Shown here piece by piece: positions 48,875 to 58,967 of a stretch of DNA of 64,000 nucleotides. A model generated the notes under the pieces. It searched no databases, was not told the origin of the DNA, and saw only the letters and a program-made list of their open reading frames with translations. Made by a program: the position numbers and the translations under genes. Origin of the DNA: an uncultured bacterium (GTDB lineage: Bacteria; Verrucomicrobiota; Lentisphaeria; Victivallales; UBA1829); NCBI GenBank assembly GCA_902802585.1, contig CADCMR010000001.1:3223-67222 (forward strand), written 5' to 3'. Every line of letters begins with the position of its first letter. Positions within the stretch are counted from its first letter, which is position 1.

Positions 48875-48949
48875 GCTAAAAGGGATAAATTCGATAAAAA
48901 AATATCGGATTGCGCCTCGCGCGTGAGATAAAATGAGGGAAAGATGACT

Positions 48950-49252
48950 CCGGACCGTCCGCTTTTGTCCGTCGACCGTTGTCCCCGACGACTCAAAACT
49001 CTGTCTCCTGCGCTGGCTCCACCGTGCTCTCGCGCAGCAGAGCACAACTTCAGTGGAGACCCAGCCTCCCGCGTCTGTGCGGACAACGAATGCTTCTTCT
49101 TAATACCATTTGCCGTTCGCGTCTCAGCGGTCATTGATGCCATTCCCCAAAAAACTGCTGTTTGCGTCACGCGGTCATGAGAAAACTGTCGAGCGTGAGC
49201 GAGTTTTCCGAGGCGGCAGAGCCGCCCCCAGCAACGCGTGGACGCAAACGCG
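48950..49252. repeat. Left palindromic (REP-like) cluster and left arm of the inverted repeat flanking the adhesin gene
   Basis: Nested hairpins (GTGCTCT/AGAGCAC, CTCCAC/GTGGAG, CGTTGTCC/GGACAACG); blocks 49111-49121, 49182-49217 and 49224-49252 are reverse complements of blocks at 53207-53345. Confidence 0.8.
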
Positions 49253-49277
49253 TACTTCCCGACAAGGTATCAGGCTG

Positions 49278-52200
49278 TTACAGGCTTGCGAGGATGCCCT
49301 TGCCGGATTCCTCGAAGATGCGTTCCGAGGTAGCGTCAAAGAACGCGCCTATGCCGGACAACGCGGCGAACTGATCGGAACCGTCGTCACCGAGCTTGAG
49401 CGTGACCCTGTCCGCCGCGATGCCGGAGACCGTGACGCTGTTGTCGCCGTCGGTGTAGGTCAGCGTGGAAGCGTCCCACTTCGATTCGTCGCCCGATGCG
49501 AACCACAACGTGACCTTGCCGGTGGCGAGTTGTTCGACGGTATCAGTACCCCAGTTCTCGCCGAACGTGAAGATATCTTCTCCACCGCCACCGTGCAAGC
49601 GGTCATTTCCAATGCCACCAGCGATCACATCGTTGCCGGAGGCACCGACAATGCGATCGTTTCCTGCATCACCGAACAAGAGATTGCCGCCCTTGTTTGC
49701 CCAGATGACGTCGTTTCCGTCGCCGCCACGAATCGTGAGGCCATCGCCGACGTATTCGAAGCGCTGGCTGGTCATGTCAACGATATCATCGCCGAAGCCG
49801 GCACGGATTTCGTCAATCCGGGCGATGCGCGCCTGCTGTTCCGCGATCGAACCCGGCAGGTCGGTATAGATGTCGTCCACGAAGAGCGAGTCGCCGTTCT
49901 CATCGTCGCTCATCAGCAGGATGTTCGTGTCGTCCGAACCTTCGATGATGTCCGCGAGTTTGTTTTTGCCGTAGAGCCCGGCGTATTCATTGGTCCCGCC
50001 CCAATCGCCGATGGATCCGGCGTGCTGCGCCAGATAGCCGGATTCCCAGGTGCCGACGGCGTTCGCGAAAAACACGTCCGCGTTGCCGTCCGCGTCGGAT
50101 TTGACGAGCTGCGGCGCATCGCCCGTTTCCTCGGAAACGATGGGATCGCCGGTCAGCCATTCGTCGCTGTCTTCCTGCTTGACGCGCATCTGATAGGTCC
50201 CGCCCGGCATGCGGAAGGCGTCGAGCGAAGGCGTCGTGACCGCAAATGTGATGATATGTTCGAAATTGTCCGCGCTGTATTCCACGGTGTACGGCTTGAA
50301 CCCGGACACGGTGAACGCTTCTCCGGCGGTCACGGCCGATTCGTTGCCCGCGAAGTCAACCGCCTGCACGCTCCAGCTGTAGTCGCCGAAATCGGCGTTG
50401 TTCAGTACATAATTCGTATTGCTCGTCCTGACAGTGAACTCCTGCTCGTCGAGCGAGTACGTCACGACATACTCCTTCACACCGGAGGAATCGTCCATGC
50501 TCACGTCCCAGACCAGGGCGACCTTTTGCCCCGACACGATCGTGTCCAGCCCGGCAGGTGCCGTGGGCGCCACGTTGTCAATATTCGTGACCGTACAGCT
50601 TGCGATTTCGGATTCGTTGCCTGCTGTGTCGATCGCCTTGAAAAAGACGGTACCATTTTCGTAAAAGGTCACGCCACCGTCAGGATAATCCAACCACAAC
50701 CCGTTGTCCCCGAGTTTATAGAGAGAGGTCGCCACATCGACGTCGTCCGCGAATTCGGCGGTCACGGTCACGGATTTTGCGGGGCCCGTGGTACTCGCCA
50801 CGACATTGCTGATGACGGGGGCCGTTGTGTCAATATTCCCGAACGTGATTTCCGCAGTTCCGGTATTCCCTGCGGCATCGGTCGCCTGGAAATGATACGT
50901 TCCGTTAGACTTGACTTCAAAAGACCCGGTATATTCCGTCAACTCGGAATCCCCGATGCGATAGTATATTTTGCTGCCGTCATCCACGGTTGCGGTCAAT
51001 GTGCTCTTCTGAAGCGGCGTCCGGTTGTCGCCGGCAAGCGTGACCACAGGTTTGATCTTATCAATGTTCGTGACCTCGTAACTTGCCTCGGCGGTGTTCT
51101 CCGAGGTATCGACTGCCTTGAAATACACGGTCGTGTTTTCGGTCACGGTTATACCGTTTTTATAATCCGTCCAGGTTCCGTTTCCCCCGATCTTGTACTG
51201 CGAGGAAGCCAGCTCCACATTGTCGGAGAAGGTCGCGGTCACGATAACGTCCTGGTTGGTGGGCTCAGTGATGCTGGCCGTGATGTCGCTGATGGTCGGT
51301 GCGGTCGTGTCAGGTGCTTGCACAACCAATAATAAGGTCGATTCGTTCAAATTCAGAGAGTATTTGGTATCATTGACAATGATGGTTTCCCCGGGAGTGA
51401 GCGTACCGAGCGATTCCACATTGTTCTGAACAGTAATAGTTTGGTTGAATCCTTCCGCGCCCTCTGCAAGTACGTAGATGCCCCTCTCCTGAGTGTCGGA
51501 AACCGTGAGTCCATAGATTACAGAGCCTTGAATCTTAATGCGCGAGAGATCATTGACTCTCGCTTCTGCACCTGAAGTGAGCTCGGAAATGTCGAAGGTG
51601 ATCCTTGCCCCGCTGAACATTGATACAACAGCTCCATCTTCAATCGTTGTTTGTCCCATGATCCCGCCGCCGGAACTGATCAGAAAAGAACCTCCGGATC
51701 TGACAGTTGTGTTATTTGCGCGGCCAATGGCATCGACAATGACACAACCTCCTGAACTGATCATTGTGTTATTCAACCTGCCACCATAAATGATACCTTT
51801 GGTTCCACTCGCTAATACTTTTCCTCCATAGTACACTGTCGTATCGTTCGCCGTGCCACCAGAGTAAACGATACAGGAACCTCCAGAACTAATAATTGTA
51901 CTGTTCGCGATGCCGCTAACATTTACTTTTAATTCGCCTCCATAGCTGATAACGGTATTATTTACTGTTCCCTCGACATCCATCCAACTATCTGATTTGA
52001 CTGTAGTGTTGTTTGCTATACCGTGGGAAAGGACAGAAAAAAAAGTGCTTGAACTGACCGTGATGTCGGTTGCTGTGCCGCCGGATTCAATAGTAAGATT
52101 GGCAGGGCCATCCGGGGTGCCTATGACAGTGGTGCTGGTCACCACTCCGCCGCTTGAAATAAAGCAACTCCCGCCGTTGACGGTATAATTTGACACGATG

Positions 52201-52616
52201 CCATCTTTGATCTCGAAAACTGAACTGCCGGAAGTGCCGGTAATATAGGTGTCTTTCGCCACGTAGAAGATCAGACGTGCTCCAGAGCTAACTCTAATAT
52301 CGGTAGCCGTTCCTCCGCTGGAGACATAAAATAAGCCTTTGGAGTTGACCGTAGTATTGTTTGCTATTCCCCCGGAGAAAATATGCATTTCTCCACAGAA
52401 ATTGACCTTGGTGATATTAGCCGTGCCGCCGCTGGAGACATACATGTAGCCGGCTGAATTAATTGTAGTACTAAGAACGGTGCCGTTGTCTTTGACATAG
52501 AGAATGCCTCTGGAATTGAGCGTGGTACTGTTTGCCCCACCACCACTGTGAACCGTCATGGAATCGTATTGTAGCGTCCACCCACTAGCAACATCACCAT
52601 CTGTAACATACCACAT
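49278..52616 (-). CDS. Large surface protein: AIDA-like repeats + Ig-like/FN3 repeats + C-terminal RTX Ca-binding nonapeptides
   Basis: Many xSGGxAxxTxV repeats; repeated DTTAP/DKIKP Ig-like units; FN3-like APTAPAGL; GGDGNDVI, GDAGNDRI, GGIGNDRL; no signal peptide; start moved to MWYVT after the AAAGGAG RBS. Confidence 0.85.
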   Translation of the reverse strand: MWYVTDGDVASGWTLQYDSMTVHSGGGANSTTLNSRGILYVKDNGTVLSTTINSAGYMYVSSGGTANITKVNFCGEMHIFSGGIANNTTVNSKGLFYVSSGGTATDIRVSSGARLIFYVAKDTYITGTSGSSVFEIKDGIVSNYTVNGGSCFISSGGVVTSTTVIGTPDGPANLTIESGGTATDITVSSSTFFSVLSHGIANNTTVKSDSWMDVEGTVNNTVISYGGELKVNVSGIANSTIISSGGSCIVYSGGTANDTTVYYGGKVLASGTKGIIYGGRLNNTMISSGGCVIVDAIGRANNTTVRSGGSFLISSGGGIMGQTTIEDGAVVSMFSGARITFDISELTSGAEARVNDLSRIKIQGSVIYGLTVSDTQERGIYVLAEGAEGFNQTITVQNNVESLGTLTPGETIIVNDTKYSLNLNESTLLLVVQAPDTTAPTISDITASITEPTNQDVIVTATFSDNVELASSQYKIGGNGTWTDYKNGITVTENTTVYFKAVDTSENTAEASYEVTNIDKIKPVVTLAGDNRTPLQKSTLTATVDDGSKIYYRIGDSELTEYTGSFEVKSNGTYHFQATDAAGNTGTAEITFGNIDTTAPVISNVVASTTGPAKSVTVTAEFADDVDVATSLYKLGDNGLWLDYPDGGVTFYENGTVFFKAIDTAGNESEIASCTVTNIDNVAPTAPAGLDTIVSGQKVALVWDVSMDDSSGVKEYVVTYSLDEQEFTVRTSNTNYVLNNADFGDYSWSVQAVDFAGNESAVTAGEAFTVSGFKPYTVEYSADNFEHIITFAVTTPSLDAFRMPGGTYQMRVKQEDSDEWLTGDPIVSEETGDAPQLVKSDADGNADVFFANAVGTWESGYLAQHAGSIGDWGGTNEYAGLYGKNKLADIIEGSDDTNILLMSDDENGDSLFVDDIYTDLPGSIAEQQARIARIDEIRAGFGDDIVDMTSQRFEYVGDGLTIRGGDGNDVIWANKGGNLLFGDAGNDRIVGASGNDVIAGGIGNDRLHGGGGEDIFTFGENWGTDTVEQLATGKVTLWFASGDESKWDASTLTYTDGDNSVTVSGIAADRVTLKLGDDGSDQFAALSGIGAFFDATSERIFEESGKGILASL

Positions 52617-52888
52617 ATCAAGTTCTCCTTTTGTTGTTGAGTTGTTTTCGTTTGGCTTAAAAATGAAGAGAAAAGACTTGTTGTCGGACACAACAAGCCA
52701 TCATGAAGGTCAGGTTCGAGGATGCACAAGAATGATTGTCTGAGATTGTGACGCGAAGATAGACGTGATTTGCCGGAAGAATAGTATTCCGGCTACGACG
52801 TATAGGAGAATAATGTCGGGACAATCAGACAAAAACATTGGCGAATCTCGGCTGGATGATTCCTGAGCACGAGGAAACGCCTGAGCAT

Positions 52889-52930
52889 AAAAAAGCCGGA
52901 CGCTACCCCGTGCGTGAACGTGTAGGTCCG
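52889..52930 (-). terminator. Possible leader terminator upstream of the adhesin gene
   Basis: CGGAC/GTCCG plus CTAC/GTAG imperfect stem followed by T6 on the minus strand, about 270 nt before the ATG. Confidence 0.35.
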
Positions 52931-53206
52931 ACCAAGAACCCGATTCAGAGACGACAGAGAAACGTCCAGCAAGGCATGAGGATACAATGCTCCTGCTGGT
53001 ATTTCTTTCTCGGAATCAAAAGAATCTTTAGAAAACTTGTTCGGTTCACACGTTCTTTTGATGAAATAACCGATGTAATGAGCTCGAAACCAGATTCCTG
53101 TAGGTCAGGAAAGGGATTCCAAACAACAATTTACATGCGATTAAGAATATTTCAAGCCCTTTTCCTTCTTTTTTGAGATATTTGCCTCTTTTGAGGAGAA
53201 ACTAGG

Positions 53207-53345
53207 ACGCGATGCGTCCCCGCGTTGCTGGGGGCACCGCAGGCGGTGTTGAGGTAGTGTCCGGCTCCGCTCGGACACGAGTTTGCGCCGCCTCGGAAAG
53301 CTCGCTACGCTCGACAGATTTTATTGCCGCGAAGCGCGAACGGCA
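53207..53345. repeat. Right arm of the inverted repeat flanking the adhesin gene
   Basis: 53207-53235, 53287-53322 and 53335-53345 match the left arm in reverse complement; the 51-bp insert holds hairpins CACCGC/GCGGTG and GTGTCCG/CGGACAC. Confidence 0.8.
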
Positions 53346-53466
53346 GAGGGTTGGCAGATACGGCGAATGTGACGGATAGGGCGAATGGGGACACCTTATT
53401 CTATCTCACTTGCCTCATGCGCCTTATCTCCCAAGGGGGGCGGGGTGGCCTTGATCGCCGGGAGGC

Positions 53467-54726
53467 TTACTTCGAGGTCAGGCGTTTCGCGGCGTCGCGG
53501 GCTTCGGCGACGATCTCCTCCTCGCCGTCGACGTGCCCGCCGCGCATCAGGATGCGTCCGTCGCAGATGAGCATGTCGATGCAGGAGCTGTCCGCGGCGT
53601 AGACCATGTCGGAGACGATGTTGAACCCGGGGACGAGGTTGTGGTTGTTCAGGTCGACGAGGATGCAGTCGGCGAGGCGACCCTCCTCGATCAAGCCCGC
53701 GTCGATGCCGAACGCCTCGGCTCCGGAGCGCGTGGCGGCGCGGAAGACGTCCGCCGCCTTCACCGCCTTCGGATCGCCGGTGAGGTCCTTCCCGCGGAGG
53801 GCGGCGGTCTTCATTTCGCCGATCATGGAGAGGGAATTGTTGGAGGACGCGCCGTCGGTGCCGAGCGCCCAGCGGCACTTATTGAAGAGCGCGGCGCTGT
53901 CGTAGCGGAAATGGCCGGAGACGAGCTTCATGTTCGAGACGGGCATGTGGACGAGCACGGAACGGCGTTCGGCGAGCAGCTCGATGTCCTCGTCGGTGAG
54001 GAACACGGAGTGCGCGAGGACGGTCCTGTCCGTGAGGATGCCGCAGCTGTCGACGTAGGCGGTCGGGGACATACCGTGCTGCTCCATGCAGTCGTCGAAC
54101 TCCTTTTTCGTCTCGGCGAGGTGCGTATGGATCATGAGGCCGTACTTTTTCGCCGTGTCCGCCACATCGCGCAGGATATCCTCGGTGGTTGTGTAGATCG
54201 CGTGCGGCGCGACGGCGATCTGGATACGGTCGGAAAGGTTGTCGCGGTTCTCCAGCAGCCAGTCGTTGTCGAGCATGGGGAGGAACGCCGGATTGCCCAT
54301 GGTCTGGCGCAGGATGCCGATGCAGGCGCGGACGCCCATTTCCTCGGCGGCGCGGACGACCTGGCGGCCCCGCCAGTACATGTCGTTGAAGAAGACGGTG
54401 CCGGACTTGATCATTTCGAGGATGGCGAGGCGCGTCCCGGCGTAGACGTCTTCGTTGGTGAGGCGCGCCTCGACGGGCCAGATGTGGTTGCTGAGCCAGT
54501 CGAAGAGGTCAAGGTCGTCGGCGAATCCGCGCAGGAGGGACATGGCGGCGTGGGTGTGTGCGTTGTAGAAAGCGGGGAGGATCGCCATCGCGCCGTGGGC
54601 GTCGAGGGTCTCGTCGGCGGGTTCGGCGGGCGCGGACTGGGAGATGCTTGTGAACCGGTTTCCGTCGATGCGGACGTTGACCGTGGAACCGTTAAGGACG
54701 ACATTGCGGAGGAGGATGCTTGACAT
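53467..54726 (-). CDS. mtaD: Amidohydrolase, MTA/S-adenosylhomocysteine deaminase-like
   Basis: NAHTH, MSLLRGFADDLDLFDWL...IWPVE, FNDMY, APHAIYT, HTHLAET, LGTDGASSNN. Confidence 0.8.
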   Translation of the reverse strand: MSSILLRNVVLNGSTVNVRIDGNRFTSISQSAPAEPADETLDAHGAMAILPAFYNAHTHAAMSLLRGFADDLDLFDWLSNHIWPVEARLTNEDVYAGTRLAILEMIKSGTVFFNDMYWRGRQVVRAAEEMGVRACIGILRQTMGNPAFLPMLDNDWLLENRDNLSDRIQIAVAPHAIYTTTEDILRDVADTAKKYGLMIHTHLAETKKEFDDCMEQHGMSPTAYVDSCGILTDRTVLAHSVFLTDEDIELLAERRSVLVHMPVSNMKLVSGHFRYDSAALFNKCRWALGTDGASSNNSLSMIGEMKTAALRGKDLTGDPKAVKAADVFRAATRSGAEAFGIDAGLIEEGRLADCILVDLNNHNLVPGFNIVSDMVYAADSSCIDMLICDGRILMRGGHVDGEEEIVAEARDAAKRLTSK

Positions 54727-54782
54727 GATCTGTGACCTGTTTTCGGGTTGAATGGTTCGGATGAACGGGATTGCTTGTGGCG

Positions 54783-55820
54783 TCAGAGCCCCATCGCGTC
54801 GATTTCGGCGTTGATGACGCCCGCGGCGCGGACGTCGGCGAGGATGAAGTCTTCGACATGCGCGGCCGGCATCAGGATTCCGGATTTGGCGGTGCCGCGC
54901 AGGAGTTCGATGATGCCGGCGTTGTAAAGCGCCAGAGTCGGGTCGATGTAGCGCGTGGATGTGGGCTCGGCGAGCATGAAGTTGACCGGACGCTTTTCGT
55001 TGACGACGCGCTCCGGCGGGACGTCCTCGCCGAATTCGTCGCCTGCGCCCATGTTGACCAGCAGCGCGCCGCTGTCGAGCAGGAGCTGCGCATACGGCGC
55101 GAGCGCGTCGCGGATGCCCGTGGCGGAGATCACGATGCTGACGCCGTCCAGGAGCGCCGGAGTGAAGACGCGGCCCTGCGCCGGATCGACGATCCTGACG
55201 GTCGCGCCCGCCCTCGTCAGGGCGTATTCGATGCCGCGTCCGACGCGTCCGTGCCCGAAGAGCAGGACGGTCTTTCCGGCGGGATCGGCTCCGATGTGGC
55301 GAAGCCCGCGCAGACAGCCGTCGCCGGTGCCGAGCACGGTTTCGATGGACTTGATGCGTCCGGAGTCCGCCGCGAAAACGGGCTTGTCCGGCGGGTTGGT
55401 TTCATAGATGTGCACGCCGGAACGGGTGAGCTCACAATAGCCAAGCCGAACGGGAATGTCGCGGTTCAGTGCGCTGCAGTCGAGCACGGCGTCGAACGGT
55501 CCGGACGCGGCGGCTTCTTCCGCGCCGTGGCAGGTCGCGACGCCGATCCCGTCGAGGAAAGCGGGGATCGCCGGATCGTATCCGAGTTCGTCGGAATATA
55601 CGACCGCGAGTTCGGCGCCCGCCTCAAGCAGCGCGGCGTACTGCGCCAGGGTGTTCAGAAAGAGCGGTGTGCCGCAGAGGACGCGGAGTCCGTCCATCGG
55701 ACGGTCCGCGTGCCAGCGTTTCGCCTGTGCGGCGAGCGCAGGGTAGTCGCGTGCCGGATCAAGCTCAGGCGCGAGCGTCGCGGCGATCGCCTGGATTTGT
55801 GCGGCGCGGTCCGGTGTCAT
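54783..55820 (-). CDS. Divergent adenosylhomocysteinase-like NAD-binding protein
   Basis: AHCY-like layout: YPAL...PMDGLRV, ELTRSG, DSGRIKS, Rossmann GKTVLLFGHGRVGRG, ISATG, LVNMG, EKRPVN; start overlaps the cysS stop. Confidence 0.7.
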   Translation of the reverse strand: MTPDRAAQIQAIAATLAPELDPARDYPALAAQAKRWHADRPMDGLRVLCGTPLFLNTLAQYAALLEAGAELAVVYSDELGYDPAIPAFLDGIGVATCHGAEEAAASGPFDAVLDCSALNRDIPVRLGYCELTRSGVHIYETNPPDKPVFAADSGRIKSIETVLGTGDGCLRGLRHIGADPAGKTVLLFGHGRVGRGIEYALTRAGATVRIVDPAQGRVFTPALLDGVSIVISATGIRDALAPYAQLLLDSGALLVNMGAGDEFGEDVPPERVVNEKRPVNFMLAEPTSTRYIDPTLALYNAGIIELLRGTAKSGILMPAAHVEDFILADVRAAGVINAEIDAMGL

Positions 55821-57238
55821 AATTTGGAAAGTTCCGGTCCGGCGGGCGTGTCCTTCACCGCCCAGCCCGCGGCGTTGATCTGCGCTCGGATTGCGTCAGC
55901 GGCGGCGAAGTCCTTCGCCTTTTTCGCCTCGGCGCGTTTCTGCGCGAGTTCCAGGATTTCCGCAGGGACGTCCTGTTTCGGTGCGTTGGCGACCTCCAGC
56001 GCGGAATCGACGTCGAGGAACGCCAGCACACGGTCGAAATCGCGGTACTGGTCGAGCAGGACGTTCGCGGCGTCGCGTCCGATGCCCTTGCCGAGGAGCG
56101 CGTTGACTTCATGCGTGAACTTATGGACGGCGGCGAGCGCCTCCGCGATGTTCAGGTCGTCGGCGAGTCCGTCGGCGAACTTCCCGCGCGCGGCTTCCGC
56201 GGCGGCTTTCGCCTCGGCGAGAAGCGCGTCGCCGGCGGGGACCGTGTTCAGGCGCGCAAAGAGCGTATGGAATTTCTTCAGGGCGGACCGCGCCGTTCCG
56301 AGGGCATCCGGGTCGAAATTGAGCTTGGAGCGGTAATGCGTGCCGAGCAGAAGATAGCGGATCTCTGCACCGGACCAGCCTTTTGCCGTGAGGTCGCGCA
56401 GCGTGTAGAAGTTGCCGAGCGACTTCGACATCTTCTGCCCCTTGATCGTGAGGTGTTCGCAGTGGAGCCAGTAATTCACGAACTTGCACCCGTTGGCGGA
56501 TTCGCTCTGCGCGATCTCGTCCTCGTGGTGCGGGAACATATTGTCGACGCCGCCGGTATGGATGTCGAACGTGAGCCCGAGGTATTTGCGGCTCATGGCG
56601 GAGCATTCGAGGTGCCAGCCGGGGCGGCCGGGTCCCCACGGGCTGTCCCAGCGCACGTCGCCGTCGTTTTCGTCCCAGGCTTTCCAGAGGGCGAAATCCG
56701 CCACGGAGTCCTTGGCGTACTCGTCGCTGCGGACGCGGTCGCCGATGCGCTGGTTTTCGAAGTCGAGCTTGACCAGCTGACCGTAGTTTTTGCATTTCTC
56801 GATGGAGAAATAGATGGAGCCGTCGTCGGACTGGTACGCATAGCCCTTGTCCATCAGCTGCCGGATCATGTCGAGCATTTCCGGGATGTGCGCTGTGGCT
56901 TCCGGGTAGTGTTCCGCGGGTTCGACGCGGAGCGTGCGGAGGTCTTCGAAGAACGCATCCTTGTATTTGCGCGTGAAAACCTGGAGCGGCAGCCCGGCGG
57001 CGCGCGAATCGCGGATGGTCTTGTCGTCGACGTCGGTCAGGTTCATGACCTGTGTGACCTTGATGCCATGGTATTCCAGCGTGCGGCGGAGGAGGTCCTC
57101 GAAGAGATATGCGCGGAAATTCCCGATGTGGGCGTAGTTATAGACCGTAGGACCGCAGGTGTACATCCCGGCGAATCCCTCGCGGATCGGGGTGAATTCG
57201 GTCATGCGGCGTCCGAGCGTATTGAAAAAACGGATCAT
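55817..57238 (-). CDS. cysS: Cysteine--tRNA ligase
   Basis: [53 protein letters not shown]; start moved to MIRFF. Confidence 0.97.
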   Translation of the reverse strand: MIRFFNTLGRRMTEFTPIREGFAGMYTCGPTVYNYAHIGNFRAYLFEDLLRRTLEYHGIKVTQVMNLTDVDDKTIRDSRAAGLPLQVFTRKYKDAFFEDLRTLRVEPAEHYPEATAHIPEMLDMIRQLMDKGYAYQSDDGSIYFSIEKCKNYGQLVKLDFENQRIGDRVRSDEYAKDSVADFALWKAWDENDGDVRWDSPWGPGRPGWHLECSAMSRKYLGLTFDIHTGGVDNMFPHHEDEIAQSESANGCKFVNYWLHCEHLTIKGQKMSKSLGNFYTLRDLTAKGWSGAEIRYLLLGTHYRSKLNFDPDALGTARSALKKFHTLFARLNTVPAGDALLAEAKAAAEAARGKFADGLADDLNIAEALAAVHKFTHEVNALLGKGIGRDAANVLLDQYRDFDRVLAFLDVDSALEVANAPKQDVPAEILELAQKRAEAKKAKDFAAADAIRAQINAAGWAVKDTPAGPELSKL

Positions 57239-57284
57239 GGTTCCTTCTCCTTGTTTATTGCATTCCGGGAAAACATTATCTTTT

Positions 57285-57368
57285 AATATACTCCATGCCG
57301 GGGAAGAATGCAAGGCGATCCAAATTAATCATGACCTCCTTGATTTTGGAAGAAACCGCGGATATATT
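57285..57368. promoter_or_regulatory. Divergent promoters for cysS (-) and the flippase (+)
   Basis: Minus: TTGCAT-17-TATATT (57313 to 57285); plus: TTGATT-17-TATATT (57340-57368). Confidence 0.6.
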
Positions 57369-57425
57369 ATATTGTCCGTATTTTTCGGAAAAGCTAATCC
57401 GAACCAATGAAAGGTCTCCCCGTTC

Positions 57426-58967
57426 ATGCAAGTCTCCGTCGCCAAAAACACCGCCACAAATTATCTTGTGATCCTGATCCGGACATTTCAGGGGCTGCTG
57501 GTCACGCGGTGGATGGTCGGTTTCCTCGGCGACAGCGGATACGGTCTGTGGACGTTGCTCTGGACGTTCTTCGGATATGCGCTGCTGATGGATTTCGGCG
57601 TCGGCATCGCCGGACAGAAATACACCTCGCATGAACTCTTCAAGCGTGACATCCGGCACTACAATTCCATCATTTCGATGATATTCACGTTCCATTCGCT
57701 GATGACGCTTCTGATCCTTCTTGGCGTGTTCATTGCGTCGTTTTTCCTGGAAAAGCTGTTCAATGTCCACGATCCTGAGCAGCTGGCGTACTGCCGGAAA
57801 TGCTTCTTTGTTTTTTCCATCGGTTCTGCCCTGATCTTTCCTCTCTGCCTGTTTTCCGAGCTCATGGTCGGACTTCACAAAATCTATATCAAAAACTATA
57901 TCGACTGCGGGTTCCGGATCTGCGAGCTGGTCGGTTTCCTGATCATCCTGAAACTCGGCGGGGGGCTGTACGAAATCATCTGGTTTGTTATTATCCTGAT
58001 GGCTGTGGAACGGAGTTTCACCGGTTTCTGCGTGTCCAGGTATATTCCCGGCTTCCGTCTGCGGTTTCATCTGTTTGACCGGCAGGTGTTCCACGAGGTG
58101 TTCGGTTTTTCGAGCGGCACATATTTTGTGTCGCTGGCGAGGCTGTTGCGAACCCAGACGCGCAATCCGATCATCAGCAGATATTGCGGGCTTGGTTCCG
58201 TCGGCATCCTGCAATTATCCTCCCGTCTGTCCGGACTGTGCAACCAGGCGATCAGCCAGTATAATGCCAATGTCCGTCCCGTTACGGCACAGCTGTATCA
58301 TCGCGGACGGTTCCGCATGTTGCGGTGTTTTATTATAAAATCCATGCAGTGGAACATGTTCATGTGCTGCCTGTTTATTATTCCCGCGTTCTTTCTCCGG
58401 GACGAAGCGATTGTAGCGTTGTTCAAAAAAGAGATTACCCCTCTGATTCATACATTGAGCTTTTTCTCGTTGCTTGGTACATTCAATTGGCTTGTCGTCA
58501 CGCAAATCCCGTCGTCCGTGCTGCTGATGTGCGAAAAACATCACCTTCACGCCTGGACTTCCATGGCCGAGGCTCTGGTCGTGGTTTTTCTGAACATTCT
58601 GTTTCTCCGTGCCGGAACCAGTATCATCTGCGTTGAAGTCATTTCTTTTTGTGCGAGTGTCGTTCTGTTTTTCGTCGTCCGGTATCCCGTCATGCAGAAA
58701 CTGATTCACGGCAATGCGCTGCACGACCTGTGGAGCATTTATGTCCCGTCTCTGCTGGCTTCGGTGCCCGCGGCTGTTGCATTGTTTTTTTGTAAGAAGC
58801 TTCTGCTTGGACATGTCCATGAGTTTCTGCTTTGCGCCGTCTGCGGGATTGTCTATGCCGTCATTTATGCGGCAACCGCATGGCATTTCCTGATCGGTCG
58901 GACGAAGAAAGAGCTTTGGAAACGCCGCGTGATGACCCGTGTGCGGAAACACCTGTTAAAAGCCTGA
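57426..58967 (+). CDS. Wzx/MOP-family oligosaccharide flippase
   Basis: About 12-14 TM segments; LGDSGYGLW, DFGVGIA, GFSSGTYF; lower GC than the core genes. Confidence 0.85.
   Translation: MQVSVAKNTATNYLVILIRTFQGLLVTRWMVGFLGDSGYGLWTLLWTFFGYALLMDFGVGIAGQKYTSHELFKRDIRHYNSIISMIFTFHSLMTLLILLGVFIASFFLEKLFNVHDPEQLAYCRKCFFVFSIGSALIFPLCLFSELMVGLHKIYIKNYIDCGFRICELVGFLIILKLGGGLYEIIWFVIILMAVERSFTGFCVSRYIPGFRLRFHLFDRQVFHEVFGFSSGTYFVSLARLLRTQTRNPIISRYCGLGSVGILQLSSRLSGLCNQAISQYNANVRPVTAQLYHRGRFRMLRCFIIKSMQWNMFMCCLFIIPAFFLRDEAIVALFKKEITPLIHTLSFFSLLGTFNWLVVTQIPSSVLLMCEKHHLHAWTSMAEALVVVFLNILFLRAGTSIICVEVISFCASVVLFFVVRYPVMQKLIHGNALHDLWSIYVPSLLASVPAAVALFFCKKLLLGHVHEFLLCAVCGIVYAVIYAATAWHFLIGRTKKELWKRRVMTRVRKHLLKA

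Noticed and set aside
52838-53176. 112-aa plus-strand ORF in the adhesin leader
   Set aside because: No RBS or recognisable motif, and it lies antisense to the leader; probably chance
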